DNA of 64,000 nt from Adineta vaga (GCA_021613535.1 CP075493.1:15252001-15316000), one strand, 5' to 3'; counted from the stretch's first letter, positions 12,124-25,255 are shown. The notes: a model not told the origin generated them from the letters alone. Made by a program: numbers and translations.

Positions 12124-14587
12124 CTATTGTTTTCCATGAATATGTTCTTCGACCTCTTTTAGAAATACTTGCACATTAGGATGATCAGATCCGAAAGTAC
12201 GAATAATGAAGTCAGCTGCGTCCAATTCATGTATTACTATAGTTCTATCGTATCCATAGAGGCTTTCACAAGTTGCTGCTATATTCTCTCGTAATGCTGC
12301 TAAAGCTGGATGATGATACGAAAGGGATTGTTGCTGAATTTTGCGTGCCTTCTCAAAATTGAGAAGTGCAACTGAATACTCTCCCATCGCATTATACACT
12401 GAACCAATATTAATGTACATATTTGCTGTATTTGGATGATTTGGAGGCAGCGTTGTTAGTTGAATTTCAAGCCCCTTTTCGAAATGTGAAAGTGCCATTG
12501 GATACTCTTTCATTGTTGTGTATAGTGTGCCAATGTTGTTATGCGATATCACCAGTTCAGGATGGTTGGTAGTAAGAGACTGTCGCTGGATATCGATTGC
12601 CCTCTCAAAGTGCAACCGTGCATTTGCATAGTCTTTCATTGATTGATGTATTGAACCAATGCTATTCAATGAGTTAGCTATCAGATAATGATTTGACGGA
12701 AGAATTTTTTGCCGTATATGTAACGCTTTCCTAAAATGAATGAACGCAATTGAAAGTTCTCCCATGTGATGGTACGATATACCAATATTATTGTGAAACG
12801 AAGCGACATCAATGTGATCTGGTGGACTAGACCTTTCATAAATATCAAGTGCATTTTTGAAATGAGAAAGTGAATTTGAATATTCTCCCATCGACTGATA
12901 TGTCAAACCGAGGTTATTATATATAGCACCTAGTTCGGGATGACAAGATGGTAGATGATTTTGCCATATATTGAGTGCTTTTTCAAGGTATGAAACTGCA
13001 TTGAAATACTTTCCCATCATTTGATACAAAAGACCAATGTTATTATATGTTGTTACCAGCTTTTGATGATCAGCTGAAAAGTGATTCTGCAGAATTTCCA
13101 ACCTCTTTTCAAAGTTCAAGAGTGCAGTTGGATAGTCTCCAAGAGTCATATACACACTTCCAACGTTATTATATGCTGTAGACAGAGCACCATACTCAAG
13201 TTTAGGAGAATTCTTCTCTAAATCAAGTATCTGCTGAAAATATAAAAGTGCAGTGTTGTGAGCTCCTTTTTCCTTCATAATAATGCCGAGTATGTTATAA
13301 ATACTTGTTCTATAACACACATGATTGTTAGAATTTGAAGTAAGTATCGCTTTGCATATATTCTGGGAATTTTCTAAATCGCCCATTTTATACGTTAAAA
13401 GTGCAAGTTGCATCCAACCTGATTCTTGTTCAATCTCTTCTCGTATATACTTAGTGAGTTTCTTTAACTGTTGATCATTATCACTTGTTGATGTAAGTAC
13501 TATTTCCCACAGTCGATTTTGAATGTGTCTCACCTCACTAATTCGAAACACTGTATGCATAGAAAACAAAATCTCCTTCTCCATATCCAGATAATAACTG
13601 ACGTTATTCAACGCTGCAAATGAAATCGTCGAAATTAGCGGTTCAATTTCCATTTGAAAAAGAATACCCGTAAATTCAGGATCTTCTTGGATACTGTCAG
13701 CGCGCGCATATGCAATGTGTCGATCTGTACTTGTCGACAGGAAGCTATTAAATGAGAGAAGACTTCCAATGCTGTTTTTAATCTTTTCAAATTCAGCGTT
13801 CAACATGCCTTGACCTCGATAAACTGTCAAATGATTTTGATAATTCATTGCCGAGTGCAACTGTTCAATCTGATTATGAAGATCTCGAACAAAAAAAGCC
13901 CATTTTGATAATAATTTCGAGGTTCTGTGCACGAAGTGCTTTGTTAAGCATTGTAAAAATAAAACAATCTCGAGTGTACCACCATATAGACATTTTTGGA
14001 TTGTACGTCTGTTCAAATTCATCAAGTACCTTTAGCGCTTCGTTATTTTCAGCATTATGTCTTCGACAAAAGTCAATAAATTCTTTCTTTGCTGTTTTAT
14101 CGTACTCAATTCTAACAAGAATTTCTTTTAGTAATTGTGAATACATATACGATTGGTTAAGTTGATTTAAGCCGATGGTAGTAGTTGGTACAGAAATGAC
14201 ACTGATAGGTGTCAAATTGATATGCGCTCTGTGAACATTTTGTATTAAGTCAATACATAGCGATGTGATATCGTAAAAGAAGCCCTTTATTTTGCAATAA
14301 GTTGTGGTCCTTTGTCCATGCATTGACTTCCTGTTACAAAACACATAAATAGCATATAGTTGTGGTATGTCTTGGATAAGAGGTACGATCTGTTCAGTCA
14401 AATCACTACATACAATCAAAACAACATTATCACTTTTAATGTTCGTGAGATTGTCAATGCATAGATCAAGATCAACGAACGTTTTTAACGATTTCACAAC
14501 CGATCGAATTTGAACAACGGAACATCGATAATCTACAGTCGTTGTATCAATATTTGGATCAAGCCAAAATGTGATGAAATTTGCCAT
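12124..14587 (-). pseudogene. ART (R-S-E ADP-ribosyltransferase) + TPR repeat protein, with a single frameshift (pseudogene or sequencing error)
   Basis: ORFs 13874-14587 and 12124-14025 join if one base is removed from the A7 run at 13891-13897 (KMGFF|VRDLH). ART motifs are VYRGQ, FLSTS and EKEILF. About 9 TPRs follow (YNNIG..Y..MG.Y..AL..F.KAL). Confidence 0.8.
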
Positions 14588-15258
14588 GATACGTTGCCTA
14601 TTGATGTCTTAATATTCTTTTTAATAGTTAGAAATCAATCTAAAATGCTAGTCTATATATTATGTCCTTGATTTAGGAAATCGACAAAGTCATTGTATAT
14701 ACAGTTTTTTGCAGGCCTATTTCAAGTCAAAGTAGAGCAGTAGTAAGTTAAGGCAGGTACTCTCTTACCCCTAATGCATCGATCACAGTTAGAGTTATCA
14801 CAAAATAGTGTGCCATTCGACATCAAAACGATGAAGGACTTCTAACGTTTGATTCTGTCTGTGAAATAGGAACCGTCAATCATACTAGACTATGTTTATT
14901 ATACGGTGAGCTTGCTGGTGCGCTATCAATATCGAAGAATAACATATACTTAGTGATGTTAGGGAGGAGAATTTTGACAAAAATTTATTGTGAAAGTATA
15001 GCCGTCTAATAGAACATACAAGATGAGAAAAACGACATATGATGCGTATAAAATGCATATTTAAAACTGTAATCAATGTGCTTCTTTGCAACTAAAACAA
15101 GAGAAAAAAACACCATCATTCCGTCCTCTTTTCAAACACGTGTTTTTACTGAAATAAAGACGGCCGCAACACTTACGCGTTGAAACATTTACAACACATT
15201 CGCATGGATGGCTTTTGATTATTTCAGACGTAGTATATGAATCATTTGTAAGAAAGAC

Positions 15259-15316
15259 GAGGGTGTGGATGTAGGTGAGGGTTTTTTCATTCATCACCCT
15301 CACCCACATCCTTAAG
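15259..15316. repeat. Telomere-like head-to-head palindrome
   Basis: GAGGGTGTGGATGTAGGTGAGGG...TCACCCTCACCCACATCCTTAAG. Confidence 0.85.
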
Positions 15317-16099
15317 TTTGATTTTGATTGATGTATATATATTTTTGTAGTGTAATCCTGCGCTCTCTTACATATAGTCAAGAAATTTTTTTCTATTCAT
15401 GTATCTTTCATTAAAAATAAATGTTCTGTTATCTTCTTTCTTTTTTAGTAGGGTTTCGATCATATATTAGTTGTTAGATGTACGATAACTTTCTACATAT
15501 ATTCAACTTTTTCTTTCAATTAAACCGATAAGATACAACAAACTTTTTCAATAAAAAACAAAAACAGTGGAAAAATTATGCAAATTTGAATAAACCAAAT
15601 AAGCTGAAGGGTTTAAACGTCTCGTCAATTTAGTTGACGTTGCCATCACCATTTGTTTAACCAACATCTTATATGACTGCTGAATAATATAATAATGAAA
15701 GAAAATCAGTAACAAAAATTAAATTTAGACAAAATTTAAATGAAAAAAAGGAAACAATCAAGTGAAAACCTTTATTTTGTCTTAATTTAAGTTTCGTAAA
15801 CAATTTTTTAAATCTTGTAATTAATTTTATAATCATCATTCAACTTATATATAGTATTATAGAAATAAACACGTTTAATACTGATAAAACAACAATTTTT
15901 TCAGTCGAGGATCAAGCGAGTCCCCCTCGACGAGCATGATTTATATTAATAGCACCAACATTATATTATACATGTATATGGATAATAATGACAACAAAAA
16001 TTTGTAACAGAAACAAATGTAACAATTTTCATTCGAATACCATGACAAATAATTTACCTATAAATAAAATCAATCCATATTTAACTCAATCGAAAGAAA

Positions 16100-16920
16100 A
16101 TAATGATATACAACAAACAAATAGATCAATCAATCTCGAACTGCGAATTCTAATCTTAACCAAATAATTTATTTACAATTTAATGATGTATATCCAAAAC
16201 AACTTATTGAAATGTACAACAATAACTTAATGAACAATTTGAATAACAACAATATTCTTAACCATTTTAACAATGACCTGAATAGTCTTGATAATATGCC
16301 AAATAACAATTGTATCCCCATAACAACAACCTTAATGACTTTAAATATTTGAATATTGATTTTATTAATAATAATATTTCGAACACTAACACTGATATTA
16401 CTGATAACTGTATTAATAATTTTAATCAAATTAATAACAAGCATAATAATACAATTAATATTGTTTAAAGTTATTTAGGCAATGAATCACAAATTTATGA
16501 AAGCTTATCAACTAAATTAGTTAGAAAAATGAATCTAAAGCTAAGAATTATATTCAAAAAGAACAAAACAGTAGGTAATTACTTACTTAAGAATGTAAAA
16601 GGAAGCAATCCCAATCCTAGTCGAGTAGGAGACCAAATTAAGTATAGTATCTGTGAGAAAACTTATATCGGACACACTGGACAAATAGCAAAAGAAAGAG
16701 CTCTACAACATATCAACAGCATTACTAGTAAGAATATTACAATCTCTAGTAATCTGGCGATTCATACTAAGAACAACTTATCATATATTTAACTTTGAAG
16801 ATGTCATCATTCTAACAATTGAAAACAATGAGAAGAAAAGAGAAATCAAAGAAACTTCAATATCCTAGAAAATGAAAAATAGCGTCAATGAAATCTCTTT
16901 TAGAACATGCGTATTTTAAT
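16100..16920 (+). mobile_element. Decayed Penelope-like retroelement, GIY-YIG endonuclease 3' end
   Basis: ICEKTYIGHTGQIAKERALQH...SNLAIH...NFEDVIILTIENNEKKREIKE..NSVNE matches the Penelope-type GIY-YIG C-terminus. It carries frameshifts and stops, and no RT is visible. Confidence 0.7.
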
Positions 16921-17430
16921 ATAATTTTAACATAATTACATTTGTATCCATTATATCAATATATTAATAAATCTTTCTATAGATTTACATGATAATAATG
17001 CGTGATCAGTATTGAAAGCTTGTCAATTATGAAAAACTTCTTTTTTTGTTTTCTACTTTATTTTTTGGTTTTTTAAAAACTCTTTCTATATCCCTAAATT
17101 GAATCCCATAAGACATGAAACGGAATTCGTCGGAATTCAGAATTTTAGGATTCCGCTCATTTCCCCTTGCAAGATGTGCAACTTTTTTTGAGTACAGCCG
17201 CATTTATTTATGTAATTGTATCTGTGTATGTGGAGACATTTTACGAAAACATAGAAGCTGATCCTCTTGATAGAGTAGAGGTTGATGTGTTTTTGAGAAT
17301 TTTATCTCTATTCGAAGTCAAACTAGGCATTTATTTATTGAAACGATCTAAACTAAACTCAATTTTCATCAGTTTATTTGTTTTTCAATTTGATGAATTT
17401 TCTGCGAAAGGGTTCGCTCGTTCTACAGTC

Positions 17431-19392
17431 TTATTTGTCGGCCTGATCTTCTTCCAGTGCATGATCCTGTACGACGTCTAACATTGCTTTCTTCTTCAGT
17501 TTGGCAATTATATCCATACGATTCTCACGTTCGATACGTTTGCTTGTGATACGCTCAGGATAACCACGAAGAAACATATTGGTGACGTGCTATAAATGGA
17601 GAAATACAAGTTAACATATAGAACAATAAAGACAATGGTGAAGAAAAGTGCACTGCTTCACTAAAGTCGTTACTATCATGAGTGATAACAGTCTGTCCGT
17701 ATATCGTACTTGTAATTAGTCCGGTTGGAGTTTCCTGATCAATCAGTCACAAATCATTCTTGATCTGTCTATGAAAGGTTGCTTGTGATACTCGTTTTTC
17801 AGACGCTAACAAATGAATCTACTGGAATATGATACTGAATTCTTCGAGTTAGTAGTCGCTGCTTCAAGTACGTAAAATCTAGATGGTTCAACTGGCAATG
17901 GATGACTCTTGCCAAACAAAAAGTGATTCTAAAAGTTTTCATAACGCCAACCACGAACTTCAAGATCATCTCGATGTGAAAAACGTTTAGTAAAACATTT
18001 CTTAGAAATTCTTTAACATTGATTCTTTTCGTCTCACACGGATGATAAGCGTATGAACTTTTAATTGAGTAGATTAACGATGATTTCATGTTACCTATAC
18101 CGAATAATATCAGTCGAACTTTATAAAAAGATTGTTACTTCCACAAAAACCTTTATTCCTCCCCTATGAAAAATTGACATAAACAAAACTTTTGCTGAAC
18201 AAACTGATGATAGATTCGGATTTTCCATTCTGAATAATTCTTGATCAAACAATGGCTGTTGATGTCTGTGACGATGCTTCTTTGACCTTTGACTTACGAT
18301 ACATTACAGACAAACAAACTCTGTATAATTGTTTTCTGTGTCACACTCTCTTCAGTGGAAAAAACGACAACTTTATCTATTACTTACTTCTCCATAGTGT
18401 ACGAAGTCTGTGGCATCTGTCTTGTTGACTGATTTAATGATTTGCTGAAAATTTGGTTCATGAAAGTATGCAATAGAATACCGCTCTTTTTCAGCACGGT
18501 GTACCTTGTGAGGAGTAGAGAGAAGCACACCATCAGTAAGTAGTTGAAACATGTCGCCCGGAAATACTGTTAGAGCAGACGGGGTTGGTTTAACAAAGTT
18601 CCACTCTACACAATCTTCATACATTCCAGCAGAGGATTCTGACGGCAACCAGTTACGATTACGAATCTCTTTATCAATGGGAGGTCGAATAAACAAACCA
18701 CCAGCGTCGTCTTGCGTAACAATGACGAGAAGCCCATAGTCTGTATGCGAACCAGTTCCACGAGACGACTCAGAAGAAATAGGAGGGTATCGAAGAACAC
18801 GTGCATGATGCCAGCCATCGTTAGCTATAGACTTGAGAGAATTGATATCCGGAAGATTAAGTCCCAGAGAAATGAGTTGCAAGATGCGGTCACCGATAGA
18901 TCCAAGCTTGATCAAAAAGTTCTGAAGAGCCTTCTTGTAGGAAAGACTAGGCCACGGAACGGGACCGTGCCCCGGCCATCTATCTTGTACACGTTTATCA
19001 TTCAGAGACAAATCTTTAACAATAGTAAAAATTTCGCTGTAGTCGGCTTCACCTGCTGTTAATTCCTCTCCACTAGCAATGTAACCTGCAAAAGTGAGAT
19101 CGGACACATATGACATTTTTTCGGCCATAGGGCGTAAGAAGAATTTACGAGACGCTTCCAACGCCAGTTGTGAGGACGTACATACATCTGGAGTACATGC
19201 GACTTGAAACATACCCTGTGTCTTCCACTCTAACACCATAGTTTGGCCCAACTCAATATCTGTTGTATTGCCAACAACTACTGGCGGGATATGAAACGTT
19301 TTTAGATTTGCGATACGGCTGAGTCTACGAGACCATTCAGTTTCATATGCAATTTCACTTGAAGTTGATAAATTGTTCGAATCACCAATCAT
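17431..19392 (-). CDS. efe: 2-oxoglutarate/Fe(II)-dependent ethylene/succinate-forming enzyme homolog (2 exons: 19392-18388, 17589-17431)
   Basis: Colinear with Pseudomonas syringae EFE as I recall it: NLKTF..P, SDLTFAGYIASGEELTAG, WPGHGPVPWP, DGWHHARVLRYPP, HTDYGLLVI, RNRNWLPSESSAGM, LLSTPHKV, AYFHEPNF, HYGE. Donor GTAAGT at 18387, acceptor at 17590. Exon 2 encodes HVTNMFLRGYPERITSKRIERENR, the EFE C-terminus. Confidence 0.92.
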
Positions 19393-19578
19393 CCGTTTAA
19401 TCTCGAAAACAAAACATGATACGCTAATTGATCATCACATTTACACATACACACATAAATGTCATATGATTTGGACACCCGAAGAAGAGTCCTTTTTTCC
19501 CGCACAGCAGAATGTCTGAGCGAGGAATATTATTTAAAAGCTTTTATCAGCAAGATGAAAATTATGTAGATATCTTCC

Positions 19579-19603
19579 CATCTTGAGAGTAGGGGTGTGG
19601 GTC
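19579..19603 (+). repeat. G-rich arm of telomere-like element
   Basis: CATCTTGAGAGTAGGGGTGTGGGT; a possible decayed partner arm lies at about 20118-20139. Confidence 0.6.
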
Positions 19604-20140
19604 TGAATGTAAAATAGGCTCAATGTGACAAGAAAGAAGTTTCATACTAAGAGGTAACGAAGTAACAGTCGAAAATCATCCACAATTTGGAATTTTCTGG
19701 ATTATAGGTCTTCCGGCTACATCGTTAATTGTTCCTAACATTCTTTCAAGAGCGGTTCCTTAATTTAAATAGTTCTGAAGGAAACCCCTAGCTTTCCGGT
19801 GTTTCTAAGAAACGGACGAAGAGAAACTTATGAAACTTCCAGGGTAGATAGATGTTGAGTAGTGTAGCAAAAATTGTCCTATACACAAAGTTCTCAGACT
19901 TCATCTTCATGAACTTCCAGAGATCCAAGGTCAAAAACATGTCTAAAGTCCCGTAATTACACAGATTTCGTCTGTTTATTCTGAAATTTTTACTGAAGAT
20001 AGAAGGACACAATCGGCAAGGATAGTGTTTTTTGAAAATTCCAAATACTTTAGACAAGAGAACCAAAATACTGAGCACTTCGCAAAATCTTTAGGTTTTT
20101 CGGATCCTAAAAAATTACATTCTATCCTCTACTCTTAGAA

Positions 20141-20525
20141 AAAGGAGTTTCTCCGAATCCCAAAAATATTCTCTAATAGATCAAAAGCTTCGAAATATTT
20201 AAAAACTTCTAAAAAATAGAACATCAAAATTGACAGAATCCTTTGTAGTTCTACACTTTATCAACACGCAACATCTTTTCTTGCAAAACCAATTATTCAG
20301 ATGTCCAGAGTAAAAAAGAAGAATTTCGCAAGACAAATACAAAATCAATAGCATTTTTTAGGAAACTATCAGCGTTCCGTAGAGAATCTTGTTCTGCCCG
20401 GGGATGAAGTGTAGAACCACTAAGGATTCTGTTGATTTTGATATTCTGTTTTTTGGAACTTTTGCAATATTTCGAAGCTTTCGATCTATTACAGAACAGT
20501 TTTTGGGATTCGGAGAAGCTCCTTT
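20141..20525. mobile_element. Fold-back/MITE-like element with about 120-bp inverted arms
   Basis: 20141-20262 (AAAGGAGTTTCTCCGAATCCCAAAAA...CTACACTTTATC) is an imperfect reverse complement of 20403-20525. Confidence 0.75.
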
Positions 20526-21518
20526 TACTCCAGCGCACCTGTCTTGGTCATTACTTATATGTAAAACATGTTCATATATTTATAAAGCGCGTTCCGCGCT
20601 TTAAAAGAGGGTGTTTTGCGTAGTTTTTTCAAACTGCAAATAAATTGAAAGTTAAGTACATCGTAACAAATATAAATAGTTATATTATTATTTAAATACT
20701 GTTTGATAAACGTGAATGATGCTTAAAAACGAACAGCTCGCCAATTGAAAATCTTCAACGAAATATGATAAATAAGTGCCATTCGGGAAATCAAAGATTG
20801 TACAATATCAAATGAATAAATATATTTACTTGAATGAGAAGTTCTTCGTATTAAAACAAAATACAACTCTTTTGAGAATTTACTACATTATGTAGCAAAG
20901 TTAAAACATATCTATAATAGAAAAACTACATCTGCAGGTATCTTGTAGTTTAACATCTTACAGTAATTTTTAATATAACGATCAACGAAAACAATATCTC
21001 TACATCACTACAAATACAGGCGTTTATCTCACCACGCCGTCTTTGCAGTGTCTCCGTATAGCATATGAGGCGTGTTTTCACAGGGAGAGCATTTGAAATA
21101 ACATTCAAAAATAGAAAGATTCTACTGTCGGCAAAGTGGTATTCATATCGTTTATTCATCCATTCTCTTGAGAAGTGGCACCGTTTCGCTATGCACTCTG
21201 AGACGGAAGTAAAAAGGAAAAAACACAATATATAGCCCGTAGTGAGATATTGTTGCGCAAATATATCAAACGAAAATAAAACGCGTCAAGACCGATGCTT
21301 CAAAATTTCGTCTATTTCACCGCACACCCTATTTGCAATCAACGAAAATGTTAATGAACTTTGAAAAAGTTACTATCATATCTTACTATTTCTCTTCGAT
21401 AGAAATGTTTCGCGGAACAACCTACAACCTCCTTCGTCGTTAATAAATCTCTAAAACTACCGCTAGTTTCATAAATCAGTCAGAATGAAAGAGATCTATT
21501 AACTAAATATTTTTTTCG

Positions 21519-21923
21519 TACATTATATGGTGTTGGTGTGCTTTGTGTGTAATATAAGTTGGTTACTTCGAACAAATGACTACTATAGTTACTCTTCATA
21601 CGAATGAACTGTGTTCTTTTTCTCATACATTATATGGTGTTGGTGTTCGTTGTGTGTAATATAAGTTGGTTACTTCGAACAAATGACTACTATAGTTACT
21701 CTTCATACAGATGAACTGTGTTCTTTTTCTCATACATTATATGGTGTTGGTGTTCGTTGTGTGTAATATAAGTTGGTTACTTCGAACAAATGACTACTAT
21801 AGTTACTCTTCATACGAATGAACTGTGTTCTTTTTTCCATACATTATATGACGTTGATGTTCTTTGTGTGCAATATAAGTTGGTGACTTCCTACAAATAA
21901 CTAGTATAGGTACGTTTCATACG
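21519..21923. repeat. Tandem repeat, 107-bp unit, about 3.8 copies
   Basis: Units start TACATTATATG at 21519, 21626, 21733 and 21840. The first three are near-identical and the fourth is diverged. Confidence 0.95.
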
Positions 21924-22589
21924 GGAATACGTTAGTGATTCTTCATATATAGTCGAAACGCTTCACATGCTAAGAGAAAGTGTTCTAATATCTTTTGCAA
22001 GTCACATGCGGTATGGTAGTCAATAGACACAATTGTAGCGATTTTTTTATTTCTGTTCGATTTACTGCATTTGTATGATTTAAATTAGAATGGGTGTGGA
22101 TGAAGAACGCGCTAATTGTACGAATTGTTGTGAAAGTGCTGAAAAAATAGTTTCTGGTATAGAAAAAGCAACTTTTTTTTGAATAAAGTTATTTTGACTG
22201 ACAAGGGAATCTCACCAACTGATACACTCCGTTTAGGCTCATATTTTGCTCATAGACAGGGCTTATAGTGTAGATGAAAATCTTAAAAGAACTCATTCAT
22301 ATGCTCCTTTTTGTGCAGACAAACAAGTACAATACATTTTTATGAAAATGGCTTTACTGTATTTTCTATCTAACTTTTTTTGAACTGACCTTGCGCATAG
22401 TTACTTATTGCAAAAAAGTATAATATTATTGATTCGTCTTTCTAATTTACAGAAAAAAACCAATACACATAGAAAACAAAAACAAAATAAACAACCAAAG
22501 AAACGACTAAGGATTTTGGTGGTTATAACAGTCCAAAAACTGCATGAAGCATAGTTCTTGTTGACACTAAGAATGTCGAATCATCGGTC

Positions 22590-23460
22590 GATTAAGGCAA
22601 CTTTTTTTCGTAGCATTTATCTATTTGAAATGTAAAGTAGATGTCTTCACATTCTGAAATGGACTGGATCATTGGTTGAAACTCTTTTGAACACATCTGT
22701 GAATGTACTAACGATTGCAACTTGATGAGGTTATTACGTTTGAACAAATTGATAATTATTTCATCTAATCGCACATGATCATATGTACGACGTGTAGTTT
22801 TCTTATGTTGGCGATTCTAACACATCAAAAGGTTGGATTGTCGAGGTAGTTTTCGGTGGAATTAGTCTATATTCAAATGTTTTGATCCTTCATACATTTC
22901 TGGATAAACTTGATATGGTAAACTATCGACTAGCGACAATGTTTCGGATAATAGATTTGGAGATAGGTATTGATTAAGTCAGTAGCTGAACAATGACAAC
23001 GTTTATTTACCAGTTTTAGAACAAGTAATTACAATGTCTTTTGCATGGAACAAGTTCTTTTTGACATTATCACCAATACGCCTTGATGGCTCTTTGAAAC
23101 ACATATAGCAAATTAGGAGACTGTAAGAATTCTATTCGCACAACACGTACATTCACACTCATGATAGTAAAATCGTTTTCGATCCAAATGGAATTGTAAA
23201 GACCTTCTTGTTTTAGACGTACAATACTGAATCGTCGACTTCATACACTTAAAAATAATAATGGCACACAAGGAAAATAAATCGATGACAGTAAGACTGG
23301 ATGTCCTTCTTCTTGTTTCTGTTGTAGCCGTTTACTCCTGAACATATGCTCTTTTGACTGGTCATCTCATCTGATTAATATTGCTTGAAACTATTCAACT
23401 AACAAGGAACATTATTTGGGTTCAACACTGTGATTTCACTCATTCGTTCAGGATGTGATA
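22590..23460 (-). mobile_element. Decayed Tc4/Tc5 (pogo-like, DDE_1) transposase pseudogene
   Basis: Broken frames give ICFKEP...NLFHAKDIVITCSKTGK, PPKTTSTIQPFDV (the DDE_1 PP..T...QPLD motif) and RNNLIKLQSLVHSQM. Confidence 0.65.
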
Positions 23461-24382
23461 AACTTTATTGAGACAGCTAAAACCTAAAACTACTATCGAC
23501 CAGTACTCGTTCTTAGAGTCGTAGTAAGTGTTTTTCTCCAAAATTTAGTGAATATAGGTATACGGGAAAATGCACTATTCGATCTAGGAGCTGTTATAGC
23601 CTATTTAGACCTTGATCGTATGTGATCATTTCGACTTTTTATCTTCTCAATCCTATGTGTTTAATAGTTTTTTTTTCATTCTGTGCATTGAGAGTTCAAA
23701 TTGTTCTATTTATTGTTATCTTTTCTTTGGAAGGTGCAGATTGATTGGTTCATTCAAAAGCTTTCTATAAAAACGCTAAACATAGCTTTTTATTTGTCTT
23801 ATGAAACAGACTCTTTATGCAATAAAGACCTGTGTTTGGAAAAGATTAGAAGAAGAAGGAGCAACAAGTTCTTCCGCAAAATTCAATCAAAATCGTAGTT
23901 TTCGAAAAAAATGTTCTACACACAATTCATCTGCCACACTTTCTGCATTTTATGAATACGAAAAATGGTACAACATATAGTTAGATATCTAAGCTGTTAA
24001 GATTTCAAAATATACTAGCCATCACGATTTAAATGTTTCTTTTTTTCTTTCTATCTATATGGACTGAAGCAAGTTTAACGGTAACAAGACCACTTTATCC
24101 CCAGTTACAAAGTGAGTGTACTTTTTAATTCTCAGATTCGCCGTCCGACTACAATCATAAAATAAATGGCATATAGATGGCAGATACCCTTGATTTTTCC
24201 GTAAAAAGCTTTTGAATGCACCAATCAATTACGAATGAGTGAAATCGCAGTGTTGAACCTAAAAAGTCTTTTTCAAAGAAAATGTGTAGATGAAAATTTT
24301 GCTTTTGTTCACAATAATCTATTCGCTGGAAAAATGATTCTCATAAAACAGACAAACAAGATTTGTTGGTTTTACATTTTAG

Positions 24383-25144
24383 AATGGCGAACTAGTATAC
24401 GCAGTCCACACTCTAAAGGAGCGTCTTGACCTTCGTCCGTCTATTGAAGAACTTAATGAGATTTCATGGCCTAAGTTTTTAGCTCAAGACATTGTTACGA
24501 ATGCTGCTTGGGACATATTATTTAAAGAATGGAGCGAATATCAAGTAGTGATCGTGAGTAGCGATAAAAGCAAGCTCATAGGTGTTGGATTAACAGTCCC
24601 AATACATTGGGATGGTAGTATAGAAACATTACCTTCCGGCTGGGAAGCTGCTACTCAACAAGGATTAGACGATCTAACTGCTGGGAAGAAGCCTACAGCA
24701 CTCTCTGCATTCGCAATTATGGTAGAACCCCAAATGCAGAAGCAGGGCATTAGTGCGCTTATTCTTAAAACAATACTAAAAGTAAGTTACCAGCATGGTT
24801 TCCATTCGTTTGCTGTCAACGTCCGTCCAATTCTCAAGACCAGATATCCGTTGATTCCTGTTGAAAAATACGCCCAGTGGACAAACGACAATGAAGAACC
24901 ATTTGATCCTTGGATACGAGTGCATTTCCGAGCAGGTGCAAAAGTCGTATGTGTTTCACCACATGCCGTCATTGTGAAAGGAACGGTTATTCAGTGGAAG
25001 GAATGGACTGACATGGAATTTCCTGATGATGGACAATATATAGTTAGCGGTGCTCTGACACCTATTACTATAGATCACAAACATGACCTCGGCATTTACT
25101 TCGAGCCCGCTGTCTGGATGATTCACTCTATCAATCCTTCTTGA
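24383..25144 (+). CDS. Bacterial-type GNAT-family N-acetyltransferase (5' exon not located)
   Basis: The frame opens after an acceptor (ttttag) at 24382. It reads TLKERLDLR..WPKFL..WSEYQ..VPIHWDG..LPSGW..VEPQMQKQGIS (acetyl-CoA motif A)..VRPILKTRYPL..FDPWIRVH..WTDMEFPDDGQYIVSGAL..EPAVW. Confidence 0.8.
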   Translation, partial: NGELVYAVHTLKERLDLRPSIEELNEISWPKFLAQDIVTNAAWDILFKEWSEYQVVIVSSDKSKLIGVGLTVPIHWDGSIETLPSGWEAATQQGLDDLTAGKKPTALSAFAIMVEPQMQKQGISALILKTILKVSYQHGFHSFAVNVRPILKTRYPLIPVEKYAQWTNDNEEPFDPWIRVHFRAGAKVVCVSPHAVIVKGTVIQWKEWTDMEFPDDGQYIVSGALTPITIDHKHDLGIYFEPAVWMIHSINPS

Positions 25145-25255
25145 TGTAGAAGGTAGACAAACATATTCGATCGTACTGGCATATTCGGATATTTTATCGC
25201 ACATGACGAATTTCATTTTTTTCACGTACTTTTTTTGTGCTACTCATACTACAGA

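Noticed and set aside
21519-21923. CRISPR-like array
   Set aside because: The whole 107-bp units repeat with no unique spacers, and there are no cas genes in this eukaryotic context.
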